From contig JAWLHY010000013.1 in the NCBI GenBank assembly GCA_041690135.1, forward strand, positions 116,921-180,920: 64,000 nt of DNA, read 5' to 3'. This document shows positions 48,902-58,585 of this stretch, one piece after another. The notes under the pieces were generated by a model. It saw nothing but the letters and a program-made list of their open reading frames with translations, had not been told where the DNA came from and did not search any database. How positions within the stretch are numbered: the first letter of the stretch is position 1; every line of letters starts with the position of its first letter. Source of the stretch: Armatimonadota bacterium (GTDB lineage: Bacteria > Armatimonadota > SYMT01). The translations under genes were made by a program, and so were the position numbers.

Positions 48902-49115
48902 TGGGTTTCCTTACCGGGATCGACGCCTGAGCGTCGTCTCCCACCCCACCGCCTCAAGCCTTTACCGGATGCTGTTCCGCTAGTACGGATCTCCGGTAAT
49001 GTGATTGCAGCCAAGTAACCAGGCTGTCGGCTCCCGGCAATGCGTCCAACCTCGCTGACGCGGCCACTCCGGACGGAGCTACGACAGCCCATGAAAAACC
49101 CTGAATCAGGAACAC

Positions 49116-50566
49116 ATGATGGAGAAATCAATCAAGGTCGCCCTGCTGGCGGCCGGAGTCCTGGCCGCCGTGCCCTGCATGGTCGCTGCCGAAGAAGGAA
49201 AAGAGTCCGCTGCCCCGAACAACTCCGCCGCCTCGGAGAGTGGCAATGCGCAGTCCGGCACCCCGGCCGCCCCGTCGTCGCGGGAAGCGGAGATCGAGAG
49301 CCTCAAGAAGGCGATCGAAGAGTTGCAGAAGCGCGTGATGGACCTGGAGAAAGAAAAGAAGGCGGAAAGCGACAAGCCCGTCGAGCCGGTCCCCGCCGTG
49401 CCCGAACCGACCCCCACCCCCCCCCCCCCCCCCCCCCCCCGCGGGCCCCCCGGGGCCCGGGCGGGGCCGGCGCTACCTTTTTGCCGAACATCAGTGTCGT
49501 GGGGAATATTATCGGCCGCGCTGGAGACACGAGAGCGTTTCCGGGCCGCGGGCGCACGCACCTGGAGGAACTGGAAGTCGCGTTCCAGGATGCCGTAACT
49601 CCGAAACTCCGCTACGATGTCTTCCTTTCCGCAGAGAAGGAAGAGAGCTGGTCGGTGGGCCTGGAAGAAGGTTTCCTTACAGCTACCGGTCCGCTTAAGA
49701 ACCTGAACATCATCGCCGGCCGGAAGCGCACCCCCATCGGACGGTTCAACCCCCTCCACCCGCACCAGTGGCTCTTCATCACCCAGCCTACCTCGCACGC
49801 GTCGTTGCTGGGGGACCACGGGCTCATCGCGGATGGCGCCCTTGCTCATTACATTCTCCCAACCAAGGGGTTCTATGCCGCCCTGGAGTTCGGCGCGTGG
49901 CAGACGGCGAGCCATCACGCTCATGAAGAGGAAGAGCATGAAGATGAGCACGAGGAAGAACACGAAAAGGACCACAAGAAGGGCAAGAAGGTGCTCCGCC
50001 GGCCAGGAATTGCGCAAGCGGAGCACGACCACGGCGGCGAGTTAGGCTTCCAGGGGGGCGAAAACGGCGCCTACCATACCCGGTTTCACCTGGCCAAGGC
50101 GTTAGATCGCAACACGGAGATCGAATTCGGTGCCACACGCTACTGGGGACGTGGTCCCAGTCCGCACCTGACCGGACGGCGAATGCTGGCCGTGAACGGA
50201 CTCGACTTCAGTTATCGCAGCTATCCGGGCGCCTACAAGCGCCTGTGGTTCCTGGCGGAGTTGCTGGCGCACGAGACGAGCGATATCAACGGAAGCACCA
50301 AGCTGCGGCCCGGCGGCTTTGCGATGCTGGCGTACCGGTGGAACCGCTATTGGGAAGCGGGCATTCGTGGCGACTACACGAAGTTCCCCTACCCCATCGA
50401 AGGCAAGGAATATGGCGGTAGCCTGTTCCTCACGAAGTATCTTACGGAACAGACTTCGCTGCGACTGGAGTATCGACATGAGCGCGATCCCCAGTACGGA
50501 GCGTCCAATGGAGTTTTCTTCCAGCTCCTGTTCGGCTCCGGGCCGCACACGCATGAGATCCAGTAG
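49116..50566 (+). pseudogene. Metal-uptake outer-membrane beta-barrel protein with a His-rich loop, split by a frameshift in a C24 tract (possibly an artefact)
   Basis: Signal peptide and coiled coil in the 49116 frame; barrel part (FLPNISVVG, EELEVAF, EEGFL, GRFNPLHPH, HHAHEEEEHEDEH, GPHTH) in another frame; C run at 49417-49440. Confidence 0.75.
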
Positions 50567-50603
50567 GCCCAACCACCTTCCCATCCAGATAGGAGAATGG
50601 CTG

Positions 50604-51512
50604 ATGAAGTTTTTTCAGTTTGCAGTTGCCGGCCTTTGCTTGATGCTCATTTCCGCGGCGCGGCCCGCCGAAGCGAAGGTCGATGTGATGGCAGCCAACC
50701 AGGACCTCGCCTGGGTGGCAAAAACCATAGGCGGCAAGAACGTGAGCGTGGATTACCTGGCCAGCAGCAAACAGGACCCCCACCTCATCGATCCCCGGCC
50801 GAGTCAGGTAGTTCGCCTGTCCCGCACCGACCTAGTCGTCCGGATCGGCCTGGATCTCGATCTGTGGCTCGATTCGTTGATCCGCGCCGCCGGCAACTCC
50901 AAGATCGTCCAGGGAGCGCCGGGATATGTTGACTGCTCTCGGGGAGTGCGGTTGCTCCAGATTCCGCAGGGCAAGCTGGACCCGTCTCGCGGGGATCTGC
51001 ACATCTACGGAAACCCGCATTATTTCTTCGGCCCGTCCAACCTGTCCATCGTCGCCCGTAATGTCATGGACGGACTAAAACGGGTGGACGGCAAGAACGC
51101 GGCCGAATACGAAGCGAACTATAACGCCCTGGCGGCCCGTCTGAAGGAGGCACATGCGAAGTGGAAGGCCCGCCTGGCCGGCGAGAAAGGTAAGGCGGTG
51201 GTGGCCTATCACCAGTCGCTCATCTACTTCCTGACGGACTTCGGCATCCGGGAGTACGCCCAGGTGGAGCCGCGGCCGGGCCTGGAGCCGACTCCCGGCC
51301 ACATCTCCAGCGTGGCCAAGGCGATGAAGGCGGACGGCGTGAAGGTGATCCTTACGGAGAATTTCCGGCCGCGACGGTTTGCGGATCTCCTTTCCCGGCA
51401 GTCGGGAGCCAAAGTAGTGGTGGTGCCGGGCGGCATCGGCGCCGAAAAGGGTCTGGACGACTACTTCACCTTCATGGATGCCATGGTGGAGCGAGTGGCC
51501 GGCGCCCTGTAA
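50604..51512 (+). CDS. Zn/Mn ABC transporter substrate-binding protein (ZnuA-like)
   Basis: QDPH, GNPHY, AYHQS, GLEPTPGH; signal peptide ending AEA. Confidence 0.9.
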   Translation: MKFFQFAVAGLCLMLISAARPAEAKVDVMAANQDLAWVAKTIGGKNVSVDYLASSKQDPHLIDPRPSQVVRLSRTDLVVRIGLDLDLWLDSLIRAAGNSKIVQGAPGYVDCSRGVRLLQIPQGKLDPSRGDLHIYGNPHYFFGPSNLSIVARNVMDGLKRVDGKNAAEYEANYNALAARLKEAHAKWKARLAGEKGKAVVAYHQSLIYFLTDFGIREYAQVEPRPGLEPTPGHISSVAKAMKADGVKVILTENFRPRRFADLLSRQSGAKVVVVPGGIGAEKGLDDYFTFMDAMVERVAGAL

Positions 51513-51595
51513 CCCGGAACCCATTCTCCCTTTCCAGAGTAGTGACCGATGTTGCTGCCGCCGGACCCCAGGGAGGTCTGGCGGTGGTCGGCATG

Positions 51596-51621
51596 GAAGA
51601 AGGGCTTCGGCCCTTCTTTCG
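51596..51621 (+). terminator. Intra-operon UUCG hairpin / weak terminator
   Basis: AGAAGGGC-TTCG-GCCCTTCT followed by TTC. Confidence 0.5.
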
Positions 51622-51648
51622 GGCTTTCTGAACGAACATGGTTTGGTG

Positions 51649-52413
51649 ATGACGGCACTGGTGGAATTCCGCGACGCGCAGCTCGGTTACGGCCGTCGTG
51701 ATATCGTCCTGCGGGACATTAATCTGCGTATCCACTCCGGCGAATACTGGGGGATCGTGGGCCCGAACGGCTCGGGAAAAACCACACTGCTCCGGACGCT
51801 ACTTGGCCTGCTGCGGCCGGTCGCGGGGGAGGTGGTGGCGCAGCGAGAGGGCGCGCCGCTGCGGTTCGGCTACGTCCCGCAGCGCGAAACGGTGGATGCC
51901 CTCTTCCCCATCCCGGTGCTCGATATCGTCGTCATGGGCCGCTACGGGCGCATCGGCGTGGCGAAACGGCCGGGCAAGCGGGATCGGGAGATTGCCCGTG
52001 AATGTCTGGATCACGTGGGCATCGGTAATCTCGCGCACCGCAATTACCCGGAGCTTTCCGGCGGGCAGCGCCAGCGGGTACTGATCGCGCGAGCCCTGGC
52101 CACGGAGCCGGATCTCCTCGTTCTGGATGAGCCGACCCATGGGATGGATATGCCCAGCGAGCACGGCCTGCTGGAACTGGTCCGCTCGCTCCACACGCAG
52201 CGCGGCCTCACGGTGGTGCTGGTATCGCACCTGCTCGGCAGCGTCGCCGACAGCACCGACCGGATCGCCATCATCGCCCACGGCTCCCTGGAAGCGGGCA
52301 CCCGCGAGGAGATGCTCACCGCCCAGCGGCTCTCCCGGCTCTATGACATGGAAGTGAAGGTTCACCAGATCGACGGCCGATTCGCGGTGATGCCGGGGAA
52401 CGGCGCGCCATGA
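51649..52413 (+). CDS. Zn/Mn ABC transporter ATPase (ZnuC-like)
   Basis: GPNGSGKTT, GYVPQ, LSGGQRQR, LDEP, VSH. Confidence 0.92.
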   Translation: MTALVEFRDAQLGYGRRDIVLRDINLRIHSGEYWGIVGPNGSGKTTLLRTLLGLLRPVAGEVVAQREGAPLRFGYVPQRETVDALFPIPVLDIVVMGRYGRIGVAKRPGKRDREIARECLDHVGIGNLAHRNYPELSGGQRQRVLIARALATEPDLLVLDEPTHGMDMPSEHGLLELVRSLHTQRGLTVVLVSHLLGSVADSTDRIAIIAHGSLEAGTREEMLTAQRLSRLYDMEVKVHQIDGRFAVMPGNGAP

Positions 52414-53300
52414 GTACCGTTCTCGAAATGCTGCAAGAGGGGTTCGTCCAGGACGCGCTCAAGGCGGCGCTCATGGTCGCCCTGATCTGCTCGTACCTCG
52501 GCGTGTTCGTGGTCCTCAAGCGCATCGTCTTTGTGGGTGCGGCCCTCTCGGAGACGGCCTCCCTGGGGGCCGCGCTGGCCTTCTTCCCCCCGATCGTCAC
52601 GGTTTTCGACCAGGTGGTGGAAGCGGCGCCGGCTTTCGAGCCGCTGCGGCACTACAAGCCGCTGGTTTTCGCCCTGACGCTGATGCTCCTCTCCGTGGCC
52701 TTCTTCTCGCAGCAGCGACTGGGCCGGAGGCTGCCGCGGGAGGCGATCATCGGGGTGGTCTTCGCCGGGGCGATCGGGCTCACCCTCCTGGCCCGGAGCC
52801 AGGTGCCCGCCCACGCCGAGCACGAAATGGACGCGCTCATCGGCAACATCCTGGGCGTGGAACCGCTGGAGTTGACGGAGCTGGCTGTCGCCTCCGTGGT
52901 GATCGGCTTACTGCAGATCATTTTCTATAAGGAGTTCGTGCTCGTCTCGTTCGACCCCGAGGTAGCGCGCACTCTCGGCTACCGCGCCCACCGGTGGGAA
53001 CTCCTCTGGTACCTCAGCCTGGGGGTGATGATCGCTGTATCCATTCACGTGGCCGGCACGATCCTGGTGTTCGCCTACCTGGTGATGCCCGCGACGGCGG
53101 CACTGATGCTCTCCCGCCGGATGGGCGTGGTGCTGCTGCTCGCGGTGCTGGTCGGCGTCGCCTCGACCCTGGCGGGGGTGCTGCTCTCCATCTCCCCCGC
53201 CGACCTCCCCACCAGCCCCGCCATCGTAGGCTGTATGGTCCTCCACGTGGCTGCCGCGTGGCTGCTGCGGGGGGTTATCGGGAGGAAGAAGGCTGACTGA
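52410..53300 (+). CDS. Zn/Mn ABC transporter permease (ZnuB-like)
   Basis: LGVFVVLKRIVFVGAALS, SFDPEVARTLG, GTILVFAYLVMPA. Confidence 0.92.
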   Translation: MSTVLEMLQEGFVQDALKAALMVALICSYLGVFVVLKRIVFVGAALSETASLGAALAFFPPIVTVFDQVVEAAPAFEPLRHYKPLVFALTLMLLSVAFFSQQRLGRRLPREAIIGVVFAGAIGLTLLARSQVPAHAEHEMDALIGNILGVEPLELTELAVASVVIGLLQIIFYKEFVLVSFDPEVARTLGYRAHRWELLWYLSLGVMIAVSIHVAGTILVFAYLVMPATAALMLSRRMGVVLLLAVLVGVASTLAGVLLSISPADLPTSPAIVGCMVLHVAAAWLLRGVIGRKKAD

Positions 53301-53311
53301 GCTCCAGTCAA

Positions 53312-53335
53312 GTAGCTGGCGACTCAAGTCGCCAG
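53312..53335 (+). repeat. GTAG-type REP palindrome
   Basis: GTAG-CTGGCGAC-TCAA-GTCGCCAG immediately after the permease stop. Confidence 0.55.
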
Positions 53336-53568
53336 TTGAAACTGCGCAAAGTCGGCACCCCCTCGGGGCGTAAACCTTCGCCGACTCCCCCACTTTCATA
53401 ACGGTTGGGCTGATTCGGCCAGAGCATCAGGCAGGAGCGTTCCGTTGGCGCGGACTTGATCGGGTGTTGTCAGCAACTGTAAATCGCATTGGCTGTGAGA
53501 CCAAAACTTTCTCCTCCGGCATCCGTTTAGATAAGCGGTCTATCGTCGCCCGGACAGGAGGAAGCTTG

Positions 53569-56100
53569 ATGTTCAATCGCTCGGCTTTCGAAAACTCCCG
53601 CCCCGCCGGGATCCCTACGCTCGAGATCACCACTACGGGACCGTTTCCCGAGGCGGGAGTTCGCCGGTTCATCCCGCTTCAGAAGACGGTTCTCGAGGGA
53701 GAAATCGCGGGACCGCTGGCCTCCCTCACGCTGACGCAGGTCTTCGCGTTTACGAAGGAAGACCTGCCCCGCCCCGTTGAGGCCGTCTATCGGTTTCCGC
53801 TGCCCGGCGATGCCGCCGTGATCCAGGTCTGCGTGACGTTCGGTGAGGTGCGCATCGAGGCCGCGCTGCGGGAGCGCCCCGAGGCGGAAGCGGAATACGA
53901 TCGCGCTCGTGGCGAAGGGCGGCAGGCTGCCCTCGCCACCCGGGAGTCGCCGGATGTCTTCACTCTGCAGGTAGCCGGTATCGCACCGGGACAGGAAGTC
54001 CGGGTCGAGACGCGCTTCGTGCTCCTGGCCCATCCGGAGGGTGACGGATGGTCGCTGCGGGTTCCGCTGACGGCGGCCCCGCGCTACGTCCGCGCGGACG
54101 AACTCGGCTCCCGGCACGCGGAGGGCCAGCCCCTGGCCCTCCTCCGGGACCCCGGGCACCGGTTCGGCCTCAACCTATCCCTGCGCCACACCGAGGGCAT
54201 CGCTTCCCGGACACACCGTCTCACCTTTACTCCGGACGAAGATGCGACCCGCGTGGCATTAGCCGATGGTGAAGTGATCCCGGACCGGGACTTCGTGCTG
54301 ACCTGGACCGGCACGCGGGAGGAAACGCGCCCTACTCTGCGCGTAGAACTCCATCCCGATCCGGCGGAGGACCGGCTCTATTTCATGGGCCTGGTCACGC
54401 CACCCCGCCGGGCCGACCAGGTCACGCCCGATCCGCGAGAAATCCTCATCCTGGTGGACCACTCCGGGTCGATGAGTGGAGCCAAGTGGGAAGCGGCCGA
54501 TTGGGCCGTCAAGTCGTTCCTTTCCACCCTGACGGAGCGTGACCGCTTCAACCTGGGCCTCTTTCACGACAAGACGCGGTGGTACTCTCGGTCTCCCGTT
54601 CCGGCCACGCCTCAGCAGGTGGAGGCAGCCGTCGAGTTCCTGATGAAGCACCGGGACTCCGGAGGCACGGAACTGGGGGTTGCCCTGGAACAGTCGCTCA
54701 AACAGTCCAGGTCCGAGGACCCGGCGGCCCGGCACGTCCTGATCGTAACCGATGCCCAGGTGTCGGACAGCGCCCGCCTGCTCCGGCTCGTCTCCGCGGA
54801 GGCCAACCGGCCCGACCGCCGGCGGGTGAGCGTGATCTGCATCGATGCCTCTCCCAACTCATTATTGGTGCGAGAGCTTGCCGCGCGCGGTGGCGGTCAG
54901 ACCCACTTCCTCACCAGCTCTGCGGAAGAAGGCGACATCACCACCGCTCTCGATGAGTTGCTCATCAGTTGGTCCGCCCCGATCTTCACCGGCTTGCGGC
55001 TGGAAGTCGATGCGACCGCGGTAGAGACTCCTGAGGGTCCGGGGCACGAAACCGGAAACGGGTCCACCTGCATCGACCTGGGTGAGCTCCCGGCGGAGCG
55101 CCCTGTGTGGGTTGCCGGCAGGGCGCCTGCTTCCCGCCTGGACCAGCTCCGGCTCCGGTTGAGCGCAGATGGCCAGCCGGTGGCGACATGCCGGATGCCG
55201 ATCGGCTCGCGCTCGCTCCCGGCGGTAAAGACTCTGTTCGGCGCTCGCCGGGTGCTTGCCCTGGAATACCTGGCGGAAGCGCGCTATTCCGCGCCGGAGC
55301 TGGCGGCGGAGCTCCGCCGGCTCGGCTATTCTGAAGCCGAGATCGGTGGGGAGTCGGATGCGGGTTCCCTGTATTCGGAGAACCGCGGCGCTGCGGGGCG
55401 CGATGCCCTGCGTCCCCTGCTCGTGCGAGAAGCGCTTGCGTGCGGTATCGCTTCCGCGGAGACAGCGTTCGTTGCGACCCGCGCCGAAGCCGGAGAACCG
55501 ATCTCTGGGACGGTTTACGTAGCCAACGCCCTGCCGGAGGGCTGGTCCGACGACTTCGTGGGAGGAGCGATGTACGGCGCGGCTTTCGCGGCGGCGCCGC
55601 CATCTGCCCTGGCGGGTCCCCCGCTTGCCAGCAGCAGCCGCAGCATCGATGCCATGAGCGGTGCGTTTGATCTCGGCGGTTCCGGTGTCTTCGAACGCGT
55701 CGGGCGGATCAAGTATAAGAAGGTCGCCGAGCCACAGTCGGAAGAGGAGCCCCTTCTCTTGTTCGCGGGCTGCCCACACTTCCAGGCTGGAGAAGCGGTG
55801 CTCTACGATTCCGAGGCTGAGAACAGTCCCCGGATTGGCTCGCGACTACAGCGCCTCTGGCTCCGGCTCCTGACGGCGCCAGCAGAACCACAGCAGGTTC
55901 CGCGCGACCTGATGCTCCTGGTGTATGTCGGCGACCATTCGGTCCCTCGGGCGAAGGTCGCGGTCCGCGCGTTGCTGTCGCAAGGGGCGAGGCCGCTGAA
56001 CCTCACGGTTCGTCCCGGAGAGCAAGTGCGCCTGGTGTTGGTCGACCCCTCCGCGGCCTGGGGTGGTTGCCCTCCGAAGATCGAGGTGCGCATCCAGTAA
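53569..56100 (+). CDS. VIT + von Willebrand factor A domain protein
   Basis: VEAVYRFPLP (VIT); LVDHSGSM, GGTEL, TDAQ (MIDAS); AGGAGG RBS. Confidence 0.88.
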   Translation: MFNRSAFENSRPAGIPTLEITTTGPFPEAGVRRFIPLQKTVLEGEIAGPLASLTLTQVFAFTKEDLPRPVEAVYRFPLPGDAAVIQVCVTFGEVRIEAALRERPEAEAEYDRARGEGRQAALATRESPDVFTLQVAGIAPGQEVRVETRFVLLAHPEGDGWSLRVPLTAAPRYVRADELGSRHAEGQPLALLRDPGHRFGLNLSLRHTEGIASRTHRLTFTPDEDATRVALADGEVIPDRDFVLTWTGTREETRPTLRVELHPDPAEDRLYFMGLVTPPRRADQVTPDPREILILVDHSGSMSGAKWEAADWAVKSFLSTLTERDRFNLGLFHDKTRWYSRSPVPATPQQVEAAVEFLMKHRDSGGTELGVALEQSLKQSRSEDPAARHVLIVTDAQVSDSARLLRLVSAEANRPDRRRVSVICIDASPNSLLVRELAARGGGQTHFLTSSAEEGDITTALDELLISWSAPIFTGLRLEVDATAVETPEGPGHETGNGSTCIDLGELPAERPVWVAGRAPASRLDQLRLRLSADGQPVATCRMPIGSRSLPAVKTLFGARRVLALEYLAEARYSAPELAAELRRLGYSEAEIGGESDAGSLYSENRGAAGRDALRPLLVREALACGIASAETAFVATRAEAGEPISGTVYVANALPEGWSDDFVGGAMYGAAFAAAPPSALAGPPLASSSRSIDAMSGAFDLGGSGVFERVGRIKYKKVAEPQSEEEPLLLFAGCPHFQAGEAVLYDSEAENSPRIGSRLQRLWLRLLTAPAEPQQVPRDLMLLVYVGDHSVPRAKVAVRALLSQGARPLNLTVRPGEQVRLVLVDPSAAWGGCPPKIEVRIQ

Positions 56101-56474
56101 GCCGGGTACCTTTTGAACTCGTCCAGACCTGCTCGCGGCCCGCGTCCCGGCAATATGCCGGTACGTGGGCCGCCGCTGTTTGCTTTCCACTGCAACCGGA
56201 TGGGCGCTCATCATTCTAGCCGTTCGGCTGCCGGACCCCATATCGTCAACTTAGTAAGAACGATTGAGATAATCCGTTTCACCCTGGCCTATCTGTGGCA
56301 TGGGGAGGGCGGAGGCGGTAAAGGGCCGATTAACATCCCCATACCACCGCTCCTTCCAAACACTCCCCCGGTTCGGCCCGACGAACCTGCCATGCACTTG
56401 TGGTGGGACTGGCGGCAAGCTCTAAGTAAGAGCACGGAAATGGGGAAGTGTCGCGACCTACGGCAGGAAGAAGT

Positions 56475-56708
56475 ATGACGGATCAAGTTCAACAGGTTTT
56501 CGCGTCCGTTCTGAAGGTGGAGCCCGCTTCGCTTACGGACCACAGCACGCCGGAAAACACCCCCAACTGGGACAGTCTCAACGCGATGCGATTGGTGTCG
56601 GCCATCGAGGAGACATTCAAAGTCGAGTTGACGACCCGCGAAATCGTAAAGATGCGCAGTCTGGCGATTGTGCGCGAAGTCCTACGGAAGAAGGGTGTCC
56701 ATGTCTGA
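56475..56708 (+). CDS. Acyl carrier protein
   Basis: 77 aa; NWDSLNAM phosphopantetheine site; IEETFKVEL. Confidence 0.9.
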   Translation: MTDQVQQVFASVLKVEPASLTDHSTPENTPNWDSLNAMRLVSAIEETFKVELTTREIVKMRSLAIVREVLRKKGVHV

Positions 56709-58569
56709 GCGGTTCGCGAGTCTGGTCGAGGCGGCTCGGTCTGCCACGACCCCTTTGGAAAGCCGCACCTGCTGGCAGGAGTGCAGTCTCCTATTCGAGT
56801 CGACCGCACCGCGGATGATGCGGGTGGCGCTCTGCGGCACGTTCACCACCGAGCAATTGGAGCCCTACGTGGGACTGGCGCTGCTCAAGCACCGGATCGC
56901 GGCGCAGATTCAGCACTCGCCGTTCAACCAGGTGTACCAGGAGTTGTTGTCCCCTGGTTCGACGCTCCGTCGCTCGCCGGCGCCGGATGTGGTGGTGCTG
57001 CTGTGGCGCATGGAAGAACTGCTGGCGGAAGCGCTGCAGGTTCTCTCCCAGGACCCGGTGGCGGCTCGCGAGACGGCCGAACGGGAGTTGACGCAGTTCA
57101 TGCAATGCCTGCGCGTGTTTCTGGACCAATCCTCGGCCAGCGTGATCGTTTCGAACCCGCCGCGTCCATCAGTGCGGCCCCTCGGATTGATCGATGCCCG
57201 GCTGGACGAAGGAGTCGCGGCCCTTCATGCCGAGGTGCTGTCGATGTGGCGCCGCCTGGTCAACGCGGAGCCGCGTCTCCACATGCTCGACCTGGACGGC
57301 GCGCAGCGGGACTTTGGGGCCAGGGCCGCCGCCAATCCCAAGATGTGGCTGCTGGCCCGCATGCCGTGGTCGGAGCCGTTCTGTCTGGAAGTGGCCGCCC
57401 AGGCCGCTCGCGTCGTGAGGGCGCTGGTCACGCCGCCCCGCAAGGTCCTGGTAATGGACTGCGACAATACCCTCTGGGGTGGTGTGGTCGGCGAAGACGG
57501 GCCACTGGGCGTGGACGTGGGTGAAGACGCACCCGGCAATGCCCATGCCGAACTGCAGCGGTATGCGCTGGCCCTCCGGCAACAAGGGATTCTGCTGGCC
57601 ATCGTCAGCAAGAACAATGAGATGGATGCCTGGGAAGTCTTCGACCGTCACCCGGGGATGGTGTTGAAGCGGGAACACCTTGCCTCCTGGCGGATCAACT
57701 GGCTGCCGAAGGCGCAAAACCTGCGCTCGATCGCCGAGGAGCTCAAGCTCGGCTCGGACAGCCTGGTGTTCATCGACGACAGCCCGGCGGAGTGCGCCGA
57801 GGTGCGGGCGAACGCCCCGGAGGTGTTGACGATCCATCTCGACTGCGATCCCTCCCGGTTCGTCGAGCGCCTGGAAGAGGCGTGCGCATTCGACCGACTC
57901 AGCCTGACGAGGGAGGACGTCAAGCGCGCCGAGATGTACTCGCAGGAGCGCCAGCGGGAAACGCTCCGCGCGAGCGCGACCTCGATGGAGGACTACCTCG
58001 CAGGGCTCGATCTCACGGTGCGGATCGAACGGGTGGGCGAAGAGCACCTGCAACGGGTTACCCAACTCGTCAACAAGACCAACCAGTTCAACATGACGAC
58101 CATCCGCCGGACGGAGGCGGAAATCCGCGCCCTCTGGCAGGACCCGAGCTGGCATCTCTTCGCGGTGTGGGTGAGCGACCGGTTCGGCGATTATGGCCTC
58201 ACCGCCGTTTCCATCTGCCAGTCCCGAGGGCCGGAGTGGTTCCTCGATACCTTCCTGATGAGCTGTCGCGTGCTGGCCCGCGGGGTGGAAACGAGCCACC
58301 TGGCCTGCCTGGTGGCCGCCGCAGGAGCGGATGGTAAGGGGAAACTGCGCGGCCAGTACCTTCCCAGCGCGAAGAATGCGATGGCCGCGGATGTCTACCG
58401 GAACCACGGCTTCGAGGACCTGGGGGATGGTTGGTTCGCGCGCTCGACGGATGCGCCGATCCTGGTTCCGTCTCACCTCCGGTTGGAGGGCTCCGCGGTG
58501 GTGGGTCTCGACCTCCGTCGTGCTCCGGCCCGTGTGCCGGAAGCCCAAGCCCTACGCCCAGCAGCCTGA
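56701..58569 (+). CDS. FkbH-like HAD-IIIC glyceryl-ACP loading enzyme
   Basis: DCDNTLWGGVVGEDG, SKNN, INW..K, VFIDD..E, QLVNKTNQFN, DRFGDYG, MSCRVL. Confidence 0.92.
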   Translation: MSERFASLVEAARSATTPLESRTCWQECSLLFESTAPRMMRVALCGTFTTEQLEPYVGLALLKHRIAAQIQHSPFNQVYQELLSPGSTLRRSPAPDVVVLLWRMEELLAEALQVLSQDPVAARETAERELTQFMQCLRVFLDQSSASVIVSNPPRPSVRPLGLIDARLDEGVAALHAEVLSMWRRLVNAEPRLHMLDLDGAQRDFGARAAANPKMWLLARMPWSEPFCLEVAAQAARVVRALVTPPRKVLVMDCDNTLWGGVVGEDGPLGVDVGEDAPGNAHAELQRYALALRQQGILLAIVSKNNEMDAWEVFDRHPGMVLKREHLASWRINWLPKAQNLRSIAEELKLGSDSLVFIDDSPAECAEVRANAPEVLTIHLDCDPSRFVERLEEACAFDRLSLTREDVKRAEMYSQERQRETLRASATSMEDYLAGLDLTVRIERVGEEHLQRVTQLVNKTNQFNMTTIRRTEAEIRALWQDPSWHLFAVWVSDRFGDYGLTAVSICQSRGPEWFLDTFLMSCRVLARGVETSHLACLVAAAGADGKGKLRGQYLPSAKNAMAADVYRNHGFEDLGDGWFARSTDAPILVPSHLRLEGSAVVGLDLRRAPARVPEAQALRPAA

Positions 58570-58585
58570 ATTAGGGGGTATCCAT

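Noticed and set aside
49040-49116. 508-aa ORF start at 49040 as the true porin start
   Set aside because: That N-terminus is Arg-rich nonsense; the signal peptide and AGGA RBS belong to the 49116 frame.
56113-56478. DltX-like small peptide upstream of the ACP gene (TLAYLWHGEGG)
   Set aside because: No convincing start/RBS, no proper TM helix and no terminal FxYxxF motif; probably promoter DNA.
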